Shown here one piece after another: positions 20,044 through 30,569 of a DNA stretch of 64,000 nt. How positions within the stretch are numbered: position 1 is the stretch's first letter; each line of letters begins with the position of its first letter. Source of the DNA: Myxococcota bacterium (GTDB lineage: Bacteria > Myxococcota_A > UBA9160 > JAFDDA01); contig OZ245817.1 in NCBI GenBank assembly GCA_965228475.1, positions 3,872,001 to 3,936,000 on the forward strand. Reading direction: 5' to 3'. Position numbers and translations under genes: made by a program. The notes under the pieces were generated by a model. The model was not told where the DNA came from. It did not search any database and was given only the letters and a program-made list of their open reading frames with translations.

Positions 20044-20508
20044 CTAGCCCTGGGCGTAGTACGCCCGGAGCCGCGCGTGCCTTCGCACGAAGATGAACCG
20101 GTAGACCCGCTCGAGCACCCGGCCAAGGGGCGCGAACCTCGGCACGAGGCTGCAGACGTCGCGGACCTCAACGCCCCCCTCGACGGCGGTCACGCTCCGC
20201 CGGTGCCGCCAGACACTCAGCAAGCCGTTCGAGGACACCTCGTCGAAGAAGGCGGGCGCCTCGACGCCGCGCAGGGCGAAGCGGTGGGCGTCGATGGGAA
20301 GCACCCCCAGCGCCAGGAAGTACGAGGTGAAGTGGCTCTTTCCGTCGGCGGGGACGTCCTCGACGGTCGGGTAGCGCGCGGGATGGGTCATCCGGACGAG
20401 GGGCGCCAGCTCGTGGTTGACGCCCTCCCAGGTGGCGATGCGGTCCCACACGTCGCGCTGCGACGCATGGGCGAGGTGGGACGCGATCTCGAACCCGAAT
20501 TCCGTCAC
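20044..20508 (-). CDS. SRPBCC/START-like hypothetical protein
   Basis: 'VWDRI...GVNHEL.P', 'WRHRR', 'FVRRH.RL'. Confidence 0.55.
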   Translation of the reverse strand: MTEFGFEIASHLAHASQRDVWDRIATWEGVNHELAPLVRMTHPARYPTVEDVPADGKSHFTSYFLALGVLPIDAHRFALRGVEAPAFFDEVSSNGLLSVWRHRRSVTAVEGGVEVRDVCSLVPRFAPLGRVLERVYRFIFVRRHARLRAYYAQG

Positions 20509-20580
20509 GGAGGCTCCCTGGTACCGAATGGCTCACCCCCGAGCGGTGACACATGCGGGCCCGAGCTGCCACCCAATTGC

Positions 20581-21291
20581 ATGAAGAACCGCACCCTCTT
20601 CCTGATGATGGGCCTCGCCGCCCTGTCGTTCTCCCAGCCGGCCCTGGCGCTGAACTTCGCGTGGACGGGTACGACCATCGACGCGCCCGTCGACGACGGG
20701 ACTGGCGTGTTCGCGGGCAACGGGGCGTTCTCTACGTTCTCCGGCACGTTCCAGACGGGCGATACCTGTGGCGCCGGCTGCTCGATCAGCAACGAGCCGG
20801 GCGAATCGGACTACGAGTTCTCCCTCGGAAGCCAGTTCGGCGGCACCCTCAGCGATGGCGTCGTCAGCACGAGTGGCGACGTCTCCTACATCAACGTCCA
20901 GGACAACATCGCACTCGACGCCGACGAGGCGGCGCTCCTGAGCTTCCTGCTCGGCGCGACGGTCACGGCCGGAACCGAGGTCGACGTCTGGACGATCGGA
21001 GCCGAGGACGACGCGGTCTACTTCGACGAAGAGCTCATCGACGGCGGCTACGTGGAGGTCGTCTTCATCTCTCTGGACACCGACCTCTTCGACGACACCT
21101 CCTTCCGCCCGGCTCCGCCGGACGCCTCCGAGGTGGATCTCGTCGCGTTCCTCATCGAGGAAGCCGAGATGGGCGAGCAGATCTACAACGCCTTCGGCAC
21201 GGTCGATTCCTTCGCGACGGTCCCCGAGCCGGGCCTCGCCCTGCTCCTCGGCGCGGGCGCCCTCGGCCTCGCACGCCGCCGCCGCGCCTAG
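20581..21291 (+). CDS. PEP-CTERM sorting domain protein
   Basis: Signal peptide; acidic body; C-terminal VPEP + TM + RRRR. Confidence 0.88.
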   Translation: MKNRTLFLMMGLAALSFSQPALALNFAWTGTTIDAPVDDGTGVFAGNGAFSTFSGTFQTGDTCGAGCSISNEPGESDYEFSLGSQFGGTLSDGVVSTSGDVSYINVQDNIALDADEAALLSFLLGATVTAGTEVDVWTIGAEDDAVYFDEELIDGGYVEVVFISLDTDLFDDTSFRPAPPDASEVDLVAFLIEEAEMGEQIYNAFGTVDSFATVPEPGLALLLGAGALGLARRRRA

Positions 21292-22500
21292 CTAGGAAGG
21301 CCCGGGCCCGAACCGCTCGATCAGGCGGAAGATCGGAACCGCCACGCGGCGCAGCGCCGGCGCCACGGCCCGGGCGAGCGCGCCCGGCTCCGCCGTGTTC
21401 CGCGCCGACCCGAACTCCTTGAGGCCGAGCTCCTCCTGGAGATCCCCGGCCAGCGTGTTCACCGGCGCGTCGAGCGGGATCCCGGTCGAGTCCGCGATGC
21501 GCGTCATGCGCTGGAAGTTCCCGACCACGGCCGCCGCGTCGACCAGCCCCTCCGGGCCGACCGCATCGAGCAGCACCTGCCGCGCGGCGGCGAGCTCGGC
21601 CTCGCTGCCGCGCACCGCCGCTTCGGTGAAGGCGAGCAGCTCCGGAGCGTGCGGGATCCCGCTGTCCGCCGCGGCCGCGTCGTCCGTGACGGCGCTGACG
21701 TCGATCTCCGCACCTGCGTTCTCGCCGCTCACCCGGAGCAGCAGGGAGTGCGAGCTCGTTCAGTAGAAGCACTCGGCCAGCGCGGAGACCCGGCCCGCGA
21801 CCAGCTCGATCTGCCGGCGGTCGAGCGTGCGGCCGCGGTCGAGATCCATCATCTCGGCGGGCGTCAGGTAGTGCGCCGCCGAGAGATCCTTCAGCTGCCG
21901 CACCTCGTCCGGCACGAGCGAGAGGGCCTTCAGCACGTTCCCCGTCTTGGGCATCCCATCGAAGAGATCCTGCTCGGCCCCGCGCGCGCCGCGCTCGGTC
22001 ACCCAGGGAACCCACGCCTCGCCCTCCACCGCACCCGGCGGGCGGTAGCGGCTCGGCGTGCCCGCCTCGGGTTCGCGGAAGGGGCGCGGCGGCACGCCGA
22101 TCCCGCGGCAGAAGGCGTCGATCGAGACCACGGTCACGATGACGCCGATCGTCTCGACGTAGTGCTCCTTCGAGAGCCCCGCCGCCATGACCTTCTCGAA
22201 CCAGACGTGGGAGAGGCGGCTCGGGTCGTTCACGACCTGGTGCACGACCTCGACCACGGCGGCCGGCACCGCGAACTCCGAATCGTGCTCGCCCTCGACG
22301 GCCAGGGGCGAGAGCGCCTCCTTGCGCTTCGCACAAAGCGTGCAGGCGGGTGCGCTGCGCACCTCGCGCGCGATGGCCGTCCGCTCGAGGCCGTTCCACC
22401 AGGTCCCGGCCTCGGCCAGCCGCACGAAGGCCCGGTGATGGGCCTGCTGAAGATCCTTGCGGACGGGGATGGCGGCGTCGGAATAGGAGGTGTCGAGCAC
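21292..22500 (-). CDS. AhpD/CMD-like protein, probable selenoprotein (Sec at TGA 21760-21762)
   Basis: ORFs 21760-22500 and 21292-21759 are in frame; junction reads ECFY-TGA-TSSH (CxxU..H); hairpin after the UGA; selD nearby. Confidence 0.8.
21700..21759 (-). promoter_or_regulatory. Candidate bacterial SECIS hairpin
   Basis: GCUGCUC-CGGGU-GAGCGGC stem-loop starting ~18 nt after the UGA. Confidence 0.55.
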
Positions 22501-22556
22501 GGCACTAGGCTGCCCTTCTACACCCTTCGATGTCAAGGCGGGGCCGGCCGACGGAC

Positions 22557-23798
22557 TCAGGGCGCGGGGAGCGTCGAGTCCGGCGGGGCGAGGAGATCGA
22601 GAATCTCGTCGTGGCTCCGGCGCGCATCCTCGCGCCCGAGCTCCACCAGCTGCGAGGTGTAGCAGCCGTCGAAGTAGAGATAGGAGAGCAGATCGGCCTC
22701 GTCGTCCGGCACGCCCTGTCGCGCGAGGCGCGTGAGGAGGCTCGCGAGCACGCCCATGTCGCGGGCATTGCCGCGGCGGGCGTGGCACTCCGCCGCGAGC
22801 CGGCCGAGGTCTTCGCTCGGGCGCAGCACCACGCTGCTCACGGGTCGGTAGCCCGCGCCGCGCTGCTCGCGCACCACGGGGTTCATCCGCTCGAGGTAGT
22901 CCGGGCCGAAGGCCCGCTCGCCCTGGGCGATCATCGCGTTCACGAGCTCGATGCGCTGGAGCTCGTACTCGAGCTGGTCGAGCGTCAGGGCGTCGAGGAC
23001 CTTGCCGAGCATGAAAGCCGGCTGGGTCACGACCTCCTCCGGGTACGGCTCGACGGCGGGGGCGGTGTCGCGCGAGCGGCGCAGCGACACGACGAGGATC
23101 CGGTCGCAGCGCAGGCGCAGCGCCGGGGAGAGCGGCGTGTTCATGCGCAGGCCGCCGTCGACGTAGTAGTTCCGCCCGATGCGCACGGCCGGGAAGAGGA
23201 ACGGGATCGCGGCGGAGGCGCGCACGTGCCGCGCGGTGATGGTCTCGCGGATGGCGTGGGAGTTCGGGTCGTGATCGAAGGGGTGGGTGTCCGCGAGCGG
23301 TCCGTCCATGAAGACCGTGACGCGCCCCGCCCGGATCTCCGTGCAGGAGATGCAGAGCGCCCGGCCGCCCTCCGCGGCGAGGTTCTCCTGCAGGTGGGTC
23401 CAGGGGACGCGCTCCTCGACCATCTCTTCGAGCGGCGTCACGTCGACGAGGCCGCCGATCACCTGACGGCGCGCGGCCGCGCCTTCCCGGGCGCTTCGCC
23501 GGAAGCCGAGCAGCCGCAGCGGGACGCCGACGACGTCGGTCCAGTCGAGCTCGAGCACGTCGGCGACGGACATCCCGGTCCAGGTATCGTCGAGCCGGCG
23601 CGCGCGATGCTCGGAGTCCATGTGGCTGCTCGCGAGGGTGTAGGCCGCGTGGATCGCACCGACCGAAGTGCCCGAGGCGACCGAGAACTCAAAGGTCCGG
23701 GGAAGCTGCGGGTAGACGTACTCGTACAGGTAGGAGAGCACCCCGGCCTCGTAGGCGCCGCGCGCCCCGCCGCCCGCCAGCACGAGCCCGGCCCTCAT
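22557..23798 (-). CDS. Patatin-like phospholipase
   Basis: GGGARG, GTSVG, DGG motifs. Confidence 0.9.
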   Translation of the reverse strand: MRAGLVLAGGGARGAYEAGVLSYLYEYVYPQLPRTFEFSVASGTSVGAIHAAYTLASSHMDSEHRARRLDDTWTGMSVADVLELDWTDVVGVPLRLLGFRRSAREGAAARRQVIGGLVDVTPLEEMVEERVPWTHLQENLAAEGGRALCISCTEIRAGRVTVFMDGPLADTHPFDHDPNSHAIRETITARHVRASAAIPFLFPAVRIGRNYYVDGGLRMNTPLSPALRLRCDRILVVSLRRSRDTAPAVEPYPEEVVTQPAFMLGKVLDALTLDQLEYELQRIELVNAMIAQGERAFGPDYLERMNPVVREQRGAGYRPVSSVVLRPSEDLGRLAAECHARRGNARDMGVLASLLTRLARQGVPDDEADLLSYLYFDGCYTSQLVELGREDARRSHDEILDLLAPPDSTLPAP

Positions 23799-26017
23799 CG
23801 CGGACCTCCGCGCGCCTGATCGACGAAGATCGGCGAGGACCATGCTCGCTCCTGCACCAGGGCGAGACAGTCGTCGGCGGCGTCCGTGCGCCAGCCCCCG
23901 TGGCACGGCGTCGTCGAGACGACCCGCCCGGCTTCATCGCGCACGGCCCGGACGTTGGCGCCATTGATGGCCGGCGTCGGTTCCTGCAAAGCGCGCACGT
24001 AGTAGACCGCGTCGCGGCCGGCGCGCGGGAACGTCGGATCCTCGAATGTGACGCGGCAGCCGCCGGGGCCCGGTTCGCACGGCAAGGTGCGCCACGGATC
24101 TTCGATGAGGAGCGCGAGCGGCTCGGCGGCGTTCGCCTGGGGCCGCACGCGCACGACCTCGATGGCGGTGATGGCGTGGCGCTCGTCGCTCGGGTGGTGG
24201 CACTCGCCGCGGCAGAGGTGTTCGAGCCGCTCGGCCGAGAGCCCGCGGACCGAGGTCTCCGGGCAGCCCGGCTGCTGCTCGAAGGCGCCGAGGGCGCGGA
24301 CCTCGAAGCGCGGCGCTTCCGAGAGCACGGCCTCGCCGCCCATCGGCACGGGTGCGGCGGGATCGTTCACGAGGTCGAACCAGAGCAGGATGCGCGGGCC
24401 GCTCGTTCCGTAGACCCGGCGCTCCATCAGCGCTTCGAAGATCGCCTCGCGCGTGCGGTCGCGGGCGTGGACCGCCGCGAGACCGCCGGGGTAGAGGAAG
24501 CTCGCCGTGCGCTCGACGTCCATCAGGCCGCGCAGGCTGCGGTCCGGCCGCGTCGCTTCCTGGGCGCGCCGGGGGTCCTGCTGCTCCCCCATGATGAACT
24601 CGCGCGTCAGGCGGTCCACGAGCGGGGAGGCGATGCCGCGCGCGTCCGTGAAGTCGGTGCGTCCGACCTGCTTGTAGCCGGTGCCGGGCCGGCCGTCGTG
24701 GTTGTCGCTCGAGCCGACCAGGCCGAAGCGGAAGCGAAGCCGCTCTCCCTCGGCGTCGCGATCTTCGCCGGAGAGCGCCAGCGCCGCCTGGGCGGACATG
24801 CCGGGGCGGAGGTTCATCGCCGGTTTGAAGCAATCGCGGCACTGATCGCAGTCGAGCCAGTCCTCGGGCTGGGTGTCCGGGATCGCGAGGTGCGGCTCCG
24901 TGCTCGCCGCCGCGGCGAGGCGGCGCGCCTCGAGGACCCGTTCCTCGCAGACGTCTTCGGGCAGGTCCCCGCAGCGCTCGCGGATGATCTCTCCGGCGCG
25001 CCAGCAGCACGGCAGGTAGCCGGGGCTCGGCTCGGGGCAGTACGGCGCCTCGGCCTCCGGGTCCGGCTCCGTGAAGCTGCGGAAGGCCTCGCTGTTGCCG
25101 TGCCCCGAATAGACTTCGAGCAGACGCTGCATGTCCGGGCGGTGGGAGGCTTCGTCGAGCTGCACGGCGAGGCTGGCGCGCGGCGGCGCGTGGATTCCCC
25201 AGGCCAGGCCGTGGGGGATCACGAGGGTCGGCAGGCCCCATTGGGCGAGCTTCTCGAACAGCACGTCCGGCGTCGGCGCGTTCTCCCGGCAGTCGGCCGG
25301 CAGCTCGCGCACGTCGACCCCGGCCGGGCAGTCTTCGATGCGCGTCATCCGCTCGACCCACCAGAGGAAGTCCGCGTAGTCCGAGAAGCCGAGGCCCGGC
25401 AGCGCCTTCATCACGCGCACCGCCTTCATGCCCGCGCCGGGCGCGCGGTTCATCGTCGCGTCGGGGAGCGAGGTGATCGGGCGCGTCGGGAGCTCGGCAT
25501 CGTCGAGCCCGGGGAAGATCACGTTCTTGTGTCCGTAGTGCTCCTCGGGCCGCGGGCCGGCCTGGGTCCACTCCCAGCCGACGAAGGCCACGAGGTCCGG
25601 GTCGGCGGGGTCCGCCGCCACGGCGTTGCACTGGCGGATGGAGTCCTTCGTCGCCTCCCACCGCTCCGGAGTCAGGCCCTCGGCGTGGTCGTTGATCGAG
25701 AAGAAGTCGAGGGCCGAGCAGTAGCGCGCGAAGTCGCAGGCATCGGCGGGCGGGTGGGCGCCTTCACTCCCGAACAGCGGGAGTTGGAAGACGAAGGAAT
25801 CGATCGAGTAGCTCGTGTGGACGTGGAGGTCGCCGAACAGGATCGGCCGCTCGCCCGAGACCTCGAGCGCCGCCCGCGCCTCGGCCTGGACGCGCTCGGC
25901 CGCTTCGACCTCGTGCGCGGGGCGGGCCGCCCCCTCGATCTCACCGGGGGAGAGGTCTTCTCCGCCACAGCCGAGGGCGAGAAGCGAGAGTGCCAGCCCG
26001 AACCCTGCCCTCTTCAT
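23795..26017 (-). CDS. DUF3604 (PHP-like) lipoprotein
   Basis: FGDLHVHTSYS.D, NDHAE, GSSDNH, ERAWSSPIF; lipobox LALGC. Confidence 0.85.
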   Translation of the reverse strand: MKRAGFGLALSLLALGCGGEDLSPGEIEGAARPAHEVEAAERVQAEARAALEVSGERPILFGDLHVHTSYSIDSFVFQLPLFGSEGAHPPADACDFARYCSALDFFSINDHAEGLTPERWEATKDSIRQCNAVAADPADPDLVAFVGWEWTQAGPRPEEHYGHKNVIFPGLDDAELPTRPITSLPDATMNRAPGAGMKAVRVMKALPGLGFSDYADFLWWVERMTRIEDCPAGVDVRELPADCRENAPTPDVLFEKLAQWGLPTLVIPHGLAWGIHAPPRASLAVQLDEASHRPDMQRLLEVYSGHGNSEAFRSFTEPDPEAEAPYCPEPSPGYLPCCWRAGEIIRERCGDLPEDVCEERVLEARRLAAAASTEPHLAIPDTQPEDWLDCDQCRDCFKPAMNLRPGMSAQAALALSGEDRDAEGERLRFRFGLVGSSDNHDGRPGTGYKQVGRTDFTDARGIASPLVDRLTREFIMGEQQDPRRAQEATRPDRSLRGLMDVERTASFLYPGGLAAVHARDRTREAIFEALMERRVYGTSGPRILLWFDLVNDPAAPVPMGGEAVLSEAPRFEVRALGAFEQQPGCPETSVRGLSAERLEHLCRGECHHPSDERHAITAIEVVRVRPQANAAEPLALLIEDPWRTLPCEPGPGGCRVTFEDPTFPRAGRDAVYYVRALQEPTPAINGANVRAVRDEAGRVVSTTPCHGGWRTDAADDCLALVQERAWSSPIFVDQARGGPR

Positions 26018-26505
26018 CGCAGCGGCACGAGCTCCTGGGCGAACGCTTCCCGCAACGCCTCGACCCGCCGGCGGTTCACGCCGCCGTCGGACCAGCCGAG
26101 CCGCGACGCCGAGCGCACGTGCACGACGCCGCCCTCTTCGTCGACGAGCAGCTCGAGATCGTCGATGAAGCGCAGGAGGGCGCTTCGGTACTCGGCGCGC
26201 AGGTAGATGCGCTGGCGCTCGACCACCTCGGCGCGCGGGTCCGCCTCGATCAGCGCCGCGAAGCGGTCGAGCGTCTCCTCGGCCCCGCCCTCGATCGGGA
26301 TCGGCGCGACGCGGCCGTCGGCGTTCCAGTTCTGGCTGGAGACGCAGTTGGGCGACTGCGGACACGGCTTCAGACGAAGGTCGAGGTGGCTCGTCGGCTC
26401 GTACAGCGCATCGTAGGAATCCGTCGAGCGGCATCCCGTCGCGCTGCCGAGGACGAGACCCGCCAGGGCGAAGACGAGAACGGAGCGCCGGGCCGGAACG
26501 CGCAT
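26014..26505 (-). CDS. DUF1499 lipoprotein
   Basis: PCPQSPNCVSS, FIDDLE, RSASRLGWSD.GVNRRRVE. Confidence 0.88.
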   Translation of the reverse strand: MRVPARRSVLVFALAGLVLGSATGCRSTDSYDALYEPTSHLDLRLKPCPQSPNCVSSQNWNADGRVAPIPIEGGAEETLDRFAALIEADPRAEVVERQRIYLRAEYRSALLRFIDDLELLVDEEGGVVHVRSASRLGWSDGGVNRRRVEALREAFAQELVPLR

Positions 26506-26525
26506 GCCCCAAGGGTACCCCTCGT

Positions 26526-27134
26526 TCAGAACGGCCAGAACCCCCCCTTGCCGAGATCGTCGCGACAGCTCGCGAGCTGGCGCCCGTAGCGTTCTGCCCG
26601 CGCGGCCACCTTGCGCGCCACGCCGTCGAGCCAGGGCTTTCGCCCGTGGGACCCACGCTTGTAGCCGGCCGGGCCCTCGTGGTACGCGAGGTAGAGCCGG
26701 TACGCGTCGGTCCGGGCCACGCCGGTGATGCGCTCGATGACGTTGCCGTACCAGCCGATGAAGTCCGCGACGTCTTCGAAGTCGTCGCGGTCCGCGCCGC
26801 GGTTTCCCGTGCGGCGCCGGTAGTCGCTCCAGGTGCCCTCGGTGACCTGGCCGTAGCCGTACGCCGAAGACTGGCGCTTCCAGGGGATCACCCAGAGAAG
26901 CTTCCTGCGCGGCGGGCGGGAGTCGTGCCGGAAGCGCGACTCCTGGTGGACGATGGCGAGCTGCGTGCCTTCGGGAACGCCCCAGCGCTCCGCGGATTCG
27001 CGCGCGGCGTCCCACCAGCTCTCGTGCTGGCGGAAGATCGCGCAGGCGTCGTCCGGGTTGCGCGGCGGCCCCTTGGCGCAGCCCACGAGCAGCGCAGCCG
27101 CGGCGAACGCAGCGATGGCGGCTCCTCGCCGCAT
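26526..27134 (-). CDS. Transglycosylase SLT-like lipoprotein
   Basis: Lipobox LVGC; HQESRF, SSAYGYGQ, LYLAYHEG. Confidence 0.85.
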   Translation of the reverse strand: MRRGAAIAAFAAAALLVGCAKGPPRNPDDACAIFRQHESWWDAARESAERWGVPEGTQLAIVHQESRFRHDSRPPRRKLLWVIPWKRQSSAYGYGQVTEGTWSDYRRRTGNRGADRDDFEDVADFIGWYGNVIERITGVARTDAYRLYLAYHEGPAGYKRGSHGRKPWLDGVARKVAARAERYGRQLASCRDDLGKGGFWPF

Positions 27135-27168
27135 GAGACCCCCCAACGACGGGAGGATAGAACGGGCC

Positions 27169-28035
27169 CTAGAACTTGGCGATCACGCTCTCGCCGAAGC
27201 CGCGGAGGGCCGCGACCTTCTTCTCGAGGGGCACCGTGTCCGCCTCGTAGGCGTTGCGGAAGCCGACGATGCAGTCCGTGATGCCCTTGTCCTCGAGCCG
27301 CCGCGCGCCGTCCACGGTGAAGCCGTCGAGGGAGATCACGTGCAGCTCGAAGGGCTCGTTCTCGCGGCCGTACTCCTTGCGGAGCTCCGCGAGGCGCGCC
27401 AGGTGGGCGTCGAGCTCCGCAGGATCTCCGCCCGCGTGCATCCAGCCGTCGCCGGCCCGCGCGGCGCGGCGCAGGGCCGCGTCCGAGTGCCCGCCGATCA
27501 GCAGCGGGATCGGCTCGCTCGGCGCGGGGCAGATCTTCAGCGCCGGGATGTCGAAGTGCTCGCCGTGGAACTCGAAGTACTCGCCCGTCCACAGGCCGCG
27601 CAGGATCTCCATCATCTCGTCCATGCGCTTGCCGCGGCCCTTCCACGCGACGCCCGAGGCGGCGAAGTCCTCGGGCCAGGGCGAGATGCCGATCCCGAAG
27701 CCGAGCCGGTTGCCCGAGAGCGCGACGATCGACGCCGCCTGCTTCGCGACGAGCACGGGCTGCCGGATCGGGAGCTTCATCACGAAGGTGGTGAACCGGA
27801 TGCGCTCGGTGACCGCGGCGAGGGCCGAGATGAGCACGAAGGGCTCGATGAAGGGCTTGCCTTCGAGGAAGCTGCGGTCGCCGTCCCCGTAGTAGGGGTA
27901 TTTCGTATCGGACTCGCGCGGGTAGCAGAGGCTGTCCGGCACGGTGAAGGAGGAGAACCCGGCCTGCTCCGCCTCGATGGCGAGCGTCGTCAGCTGGGCC
28001 GGATCGACCATGGATTCGGCGAAGGAAAAGCGCAT
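27169..28035 (-). CDS. LLM-class (probably F420-dependent) oxidoreductase
   Basis: AEQAGF, EPFVLISALAAVT, LSGNRLGFGIG, IGGHS.AALRRAA. Confidence 0.85.
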   Translation of the reverse strand: MRFSFAESMVDPAQLTTLAIEAEQAGFSSFTVPDSLCYPRESDTKYPYYGDGDRSFLEGKPFIEPFVLISALAAVTERIRFTTFVMKLPIRQPVLVAKQAASIVALSGNRLGFGIGISPWPEDFAASGVAWKGRGKRMDEMMEILRGLWTGEYFEFHGEHFDIPALKICPAPSEPIPLLIGGHSDAALRRAARAGDGWMHAGGDPAELDAHLARLAELRKEYGRENEPFELHVISLDGFTVDGARRLEDKGITDCIVGFRNAYEADTVPLEKKVAALRGFGESVIAKF

Positions 28036-28076
28036 GGGGCGGGTGTAGCATAGGCCCGAACGCCCAAGGAGAAGCC

Positions 28077-29009
28077 ATGGCCGCCTCGGAATGGACCGCC
28101 CGCGACCTCCCGGACCTGACCGGCAAGACCTACCTCGTGACCGGAGCGAACTCCGGCCTCGGCCTCGAAACCGTGCGCGCGCTGGCCGGCGCCGGCGGCC
28201 ACGTCGCCCTCGCCTGCCGGGATCTCGGCAAGGCCGGCACGGCCATCGACGCGATCAAGGCGGATCAGCCGAAGGCTTCGCTCGAGAGCCTCGAGCTCGA
28301 CCTCTCGAGCCTCGCCTCGGTGGAAGGCTTCGCGAACGTCTGGCTCGCGAGCGAGCGCCCGCTGCACGCGCTCGTGAACAACGCGGGCGTGATGGCGCTG
28401 CCCGAGCGCCGCACCGCCGAGGGGTTCGAGATGCAGCTCGGCACCAACCACCTCGGCCACTTCGCGCTGACGGGCCGGCTGCTGCCGCGCCTGCTCGCGA
28501 CCGAGGGCGCGCGCGTCGTCAACGTCAGCAGCCACATGCACAAGTTCGGCCGCATGAAGTGGGACGACCTCCAGAGCCGCAAGAAGTATTCGAAGTGGGG
28601 GGCGTACTGTCAGAGCAAGCTCGCGAACCTGCTCTTCACCTACGAACTCCAGCGCCGCCTGCACGATGCGGGCAGCCACGTCCTGGCCCTGGCCTCGCAC
28701 CCCGGCTACTCGGCGACGAACCTCCAGACCGCCGGGCCGCGCATGGAAGGGTCGAGCCTCATGGAACGCCTCTCCCTGCTCGGAAACCGGCTCTTCTCCC
28801 AGGACGCCGCCACCGGCGCCCTCCCCTCGGTCTACGCCGCCGCCGCGCCGGACGTCGCCCCGGCGGCCTACTACGGCCCGAGCCGCTTCGGCGAAGTCTG
28901 GGGCCCGCCCAAGCGCGTCCAGTCGAACAACGCCTCCCATGATCGGGAAGCCCAGGGGCGCCTCTGGGAGATTTCGGAAGAGCTCACGGGCGTGACGTAC
29001 GCGTTCTAG
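28077..29009 (+). CDS. SDR oxidoreductase (retinol dehydrogenase/WWOX-like)
   Basis: TGANSGLG, NNAGVM, GTNHLGHF, YCQSK. Confidence 0.92.
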   Translation: MAASEWTARDLPDLTGKTYLVTGANSGLGLETVRALAGAGGHVALACRDLGKAGTAIDAIKADQPKASLESLELDLSSLASVEGFANVWLASERPLHALVNNAGVMALPERRTAEGFEMQLGTNHLGHFALTGRLLPRLLATEGARVVNVSSHMHKFGRMKWDDLQSRKKYSKWGAYCQSKLANLLFTYELQRRLHDAGSHVLALASHPGYSATNLQTAGPRMEGSSLMERLSLLGNRLFSQDAATGALPSVYAAAAPDVAPAAYYGPSRFGEVWGPPKRVQSNNASHDREAQGRLWEISEELTGVTYAF

Positions 29010-29023
29010 CGTACGATCGGATC

Positions 29024-29707
29024 ATGCTCGAGGAGTTCGCGCCCTCTCTCTATACGGCGGACGGCCCGACGGTGCCGTTCCTCGGCATTCCCTACCCGAC
29101 CCGCATGGCCGTTGCGAAGCTCGGCGATGGCAGCGCGTGGGTGTGGTCGCCGATCGCGTTGACGCCCGAGCTCGAGCGGGCGGTGGAGGCGATCGGGCCC
29201 GTTCGCCAGATCGTCTCGCCCAACAAGATCCACCACCTCTTCCTCGGGGAATGGACGGAGCGCTGGCCGGAAGCCCAGGTCCACGCGCCGCCGGGGCTCG
29301 CGAAGCGGAAGCCGGAGCTCCGCTTCGATGCAGAGCTCGGCGACGAACCGGCTCCCGCCTGGGCCTCGGAGATCGATCAGGTGATCTTCCACGGCTCGCT
29401 GGCCATGGAGGAGGTCGTCTTCTTCCACCGTGCATCGCGCACGGCGATCGTCTGCGATCTCGTCCAGCGCCACGACCCGGCCGGGCTCTCGGGCTGGAAG
29501 GGGATGCTGATGCGGCTCGACGGTCTCGTCGGGGACGCCGGCAGCACGCCGCGGGAGTGGCGTGCGAGCTTCCTCCGCCGCCGCCCGGCGCGGGCGGCCC
29601 GCGAGCGGCTCCTCGGCTGGCAGCCGGAGCGGCTCATCATCGCCCACGGCGCCTGCGCGCAGAGCGGCGCCACCGGCATCCTCACGCGCGCGCTCGCCTG
29701 GATCTAG
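29024..29707 (+). CDS. DUF4336 domain protein
   Basis: TRM.V.KL, WVWSP, SPNKIHHLF, EVVFFH, IIAHG. Confidence 0.85.
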   Translation: MLEEFAPSLYTADGPTVPFLGIPYPTRMAVAKLGDGSAWVWSPIALTPELERAVEAIGPVRQIVSPNKIHHLFLGEWTERWPEAQVHAPPGLAKRKPELRFDAELGDEPAPAWASEIDQVIFHGSLAMEEVVFFHRASRTAIVCDLVQRHDPAGLSGWKGMLMRLDGLVGDAGSTPREWRASFLRRRPARAARERLLGWQPERLIIAHGACAQSGATGILTRALAWI

Positions 29708-29822
29708 GTTCCAGCGAGCGGGGCGCATCCTCCCTCAGAACTTCCCGTTGACGCTCTTCCATTCCCCGGGCGGAGGTCGCAGTCCGCGATCCACCGCTCC
29801 GAAACGGGATAGAGTCAGCCGC

Positions 29823-30569
29823 ATGGTCTGGTCGGAAGCAGAGATCGAACGGTTCGTCGAGGAGGGGTTCCTGATCCTTCGAGACGCCTTCGCCCGCGAA
29901 GTGGCCGAAGAAGGGCGCGAGTTCATCTGGCAGAAGATGGGCCTCTCTCCGGACGCCCCGGCCGATTGGAGCGAACCCATCATCCACATCCAGGAGGGGT
30001 TCAGCTGCGCGCCGTTCGACCGCGTGATGAATCCACGCCTGGAAGCCGGCCTGTCCGAACTCATGGGCCCGGGCCGGGGCGTCCTTCACGGCTACCTCGG
30101 GTGGTGGCCCGTGCTCTTCCCGGGCTTCGAGGGCCCCGGAGGTTGGCACGTGGACGGCCACTTCCAACACCATCTGACGTCGCGGGAGCAGGGTCTCGTC
30201 ACCCTTCTGCTGTTCTCGGACATCGAACCCGGCGACGGCGGGACGGCGATCTGGCCGGGCTCCCACCACACGATCGCTCGCATGCTCGCCGAAGCGGAAC
30301 CGGACGGGCTCTCCCCCGAAGCGTTGAACGCGAACCTGCCGGAGGTGGATCTCGACCAGGTCGTCGAAGTCACGGGCAAGGCCGGCGACGTCGCCATGCT
30401 CCACCCGATGTTGATCCACGGGTTCAGCGCCAACCGCGGGCGCCGCGCCCGGTTCGCCTGCAACCCGCAGTTCCCGCTGAAAGACGCCTTGAAGATAGAT
30501 CGCCCGGACGGCGCCTACTCCCCGGTCGAGCGCGCGATCCGCGCCGCGCTCGGGCGAGGCTCCGACTAG
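29823..30569 (+). CDS. Phytanoyl-CoA dioxygenase family protein
   Basis: FVEEGFL, WHVDG, PGSH, GDV..LHP..IH. Confidence 0.85.
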   Translation: MVWSEAEIERFVEEGFLILRDAFAREVAEEGREFIWQKMGLSPDAPADWSEPIIHIQEGFSCAPFDRVMNPRLEAGLSELMGPGRGVLHGYLGWWPVLFPGFEGPGGWHVDGHFQHHLTSREQGLVTLLLFSDIEPGDGGTAIWPGSHHTIARMLAEAEPDGLSPEALNANLPEVDLDQVVEVTGKAGDVAMLHPMLIHGFSANRGRRARFACNPQFPLKDALKIDRPDGAYSPVERAIRAALGRGSD

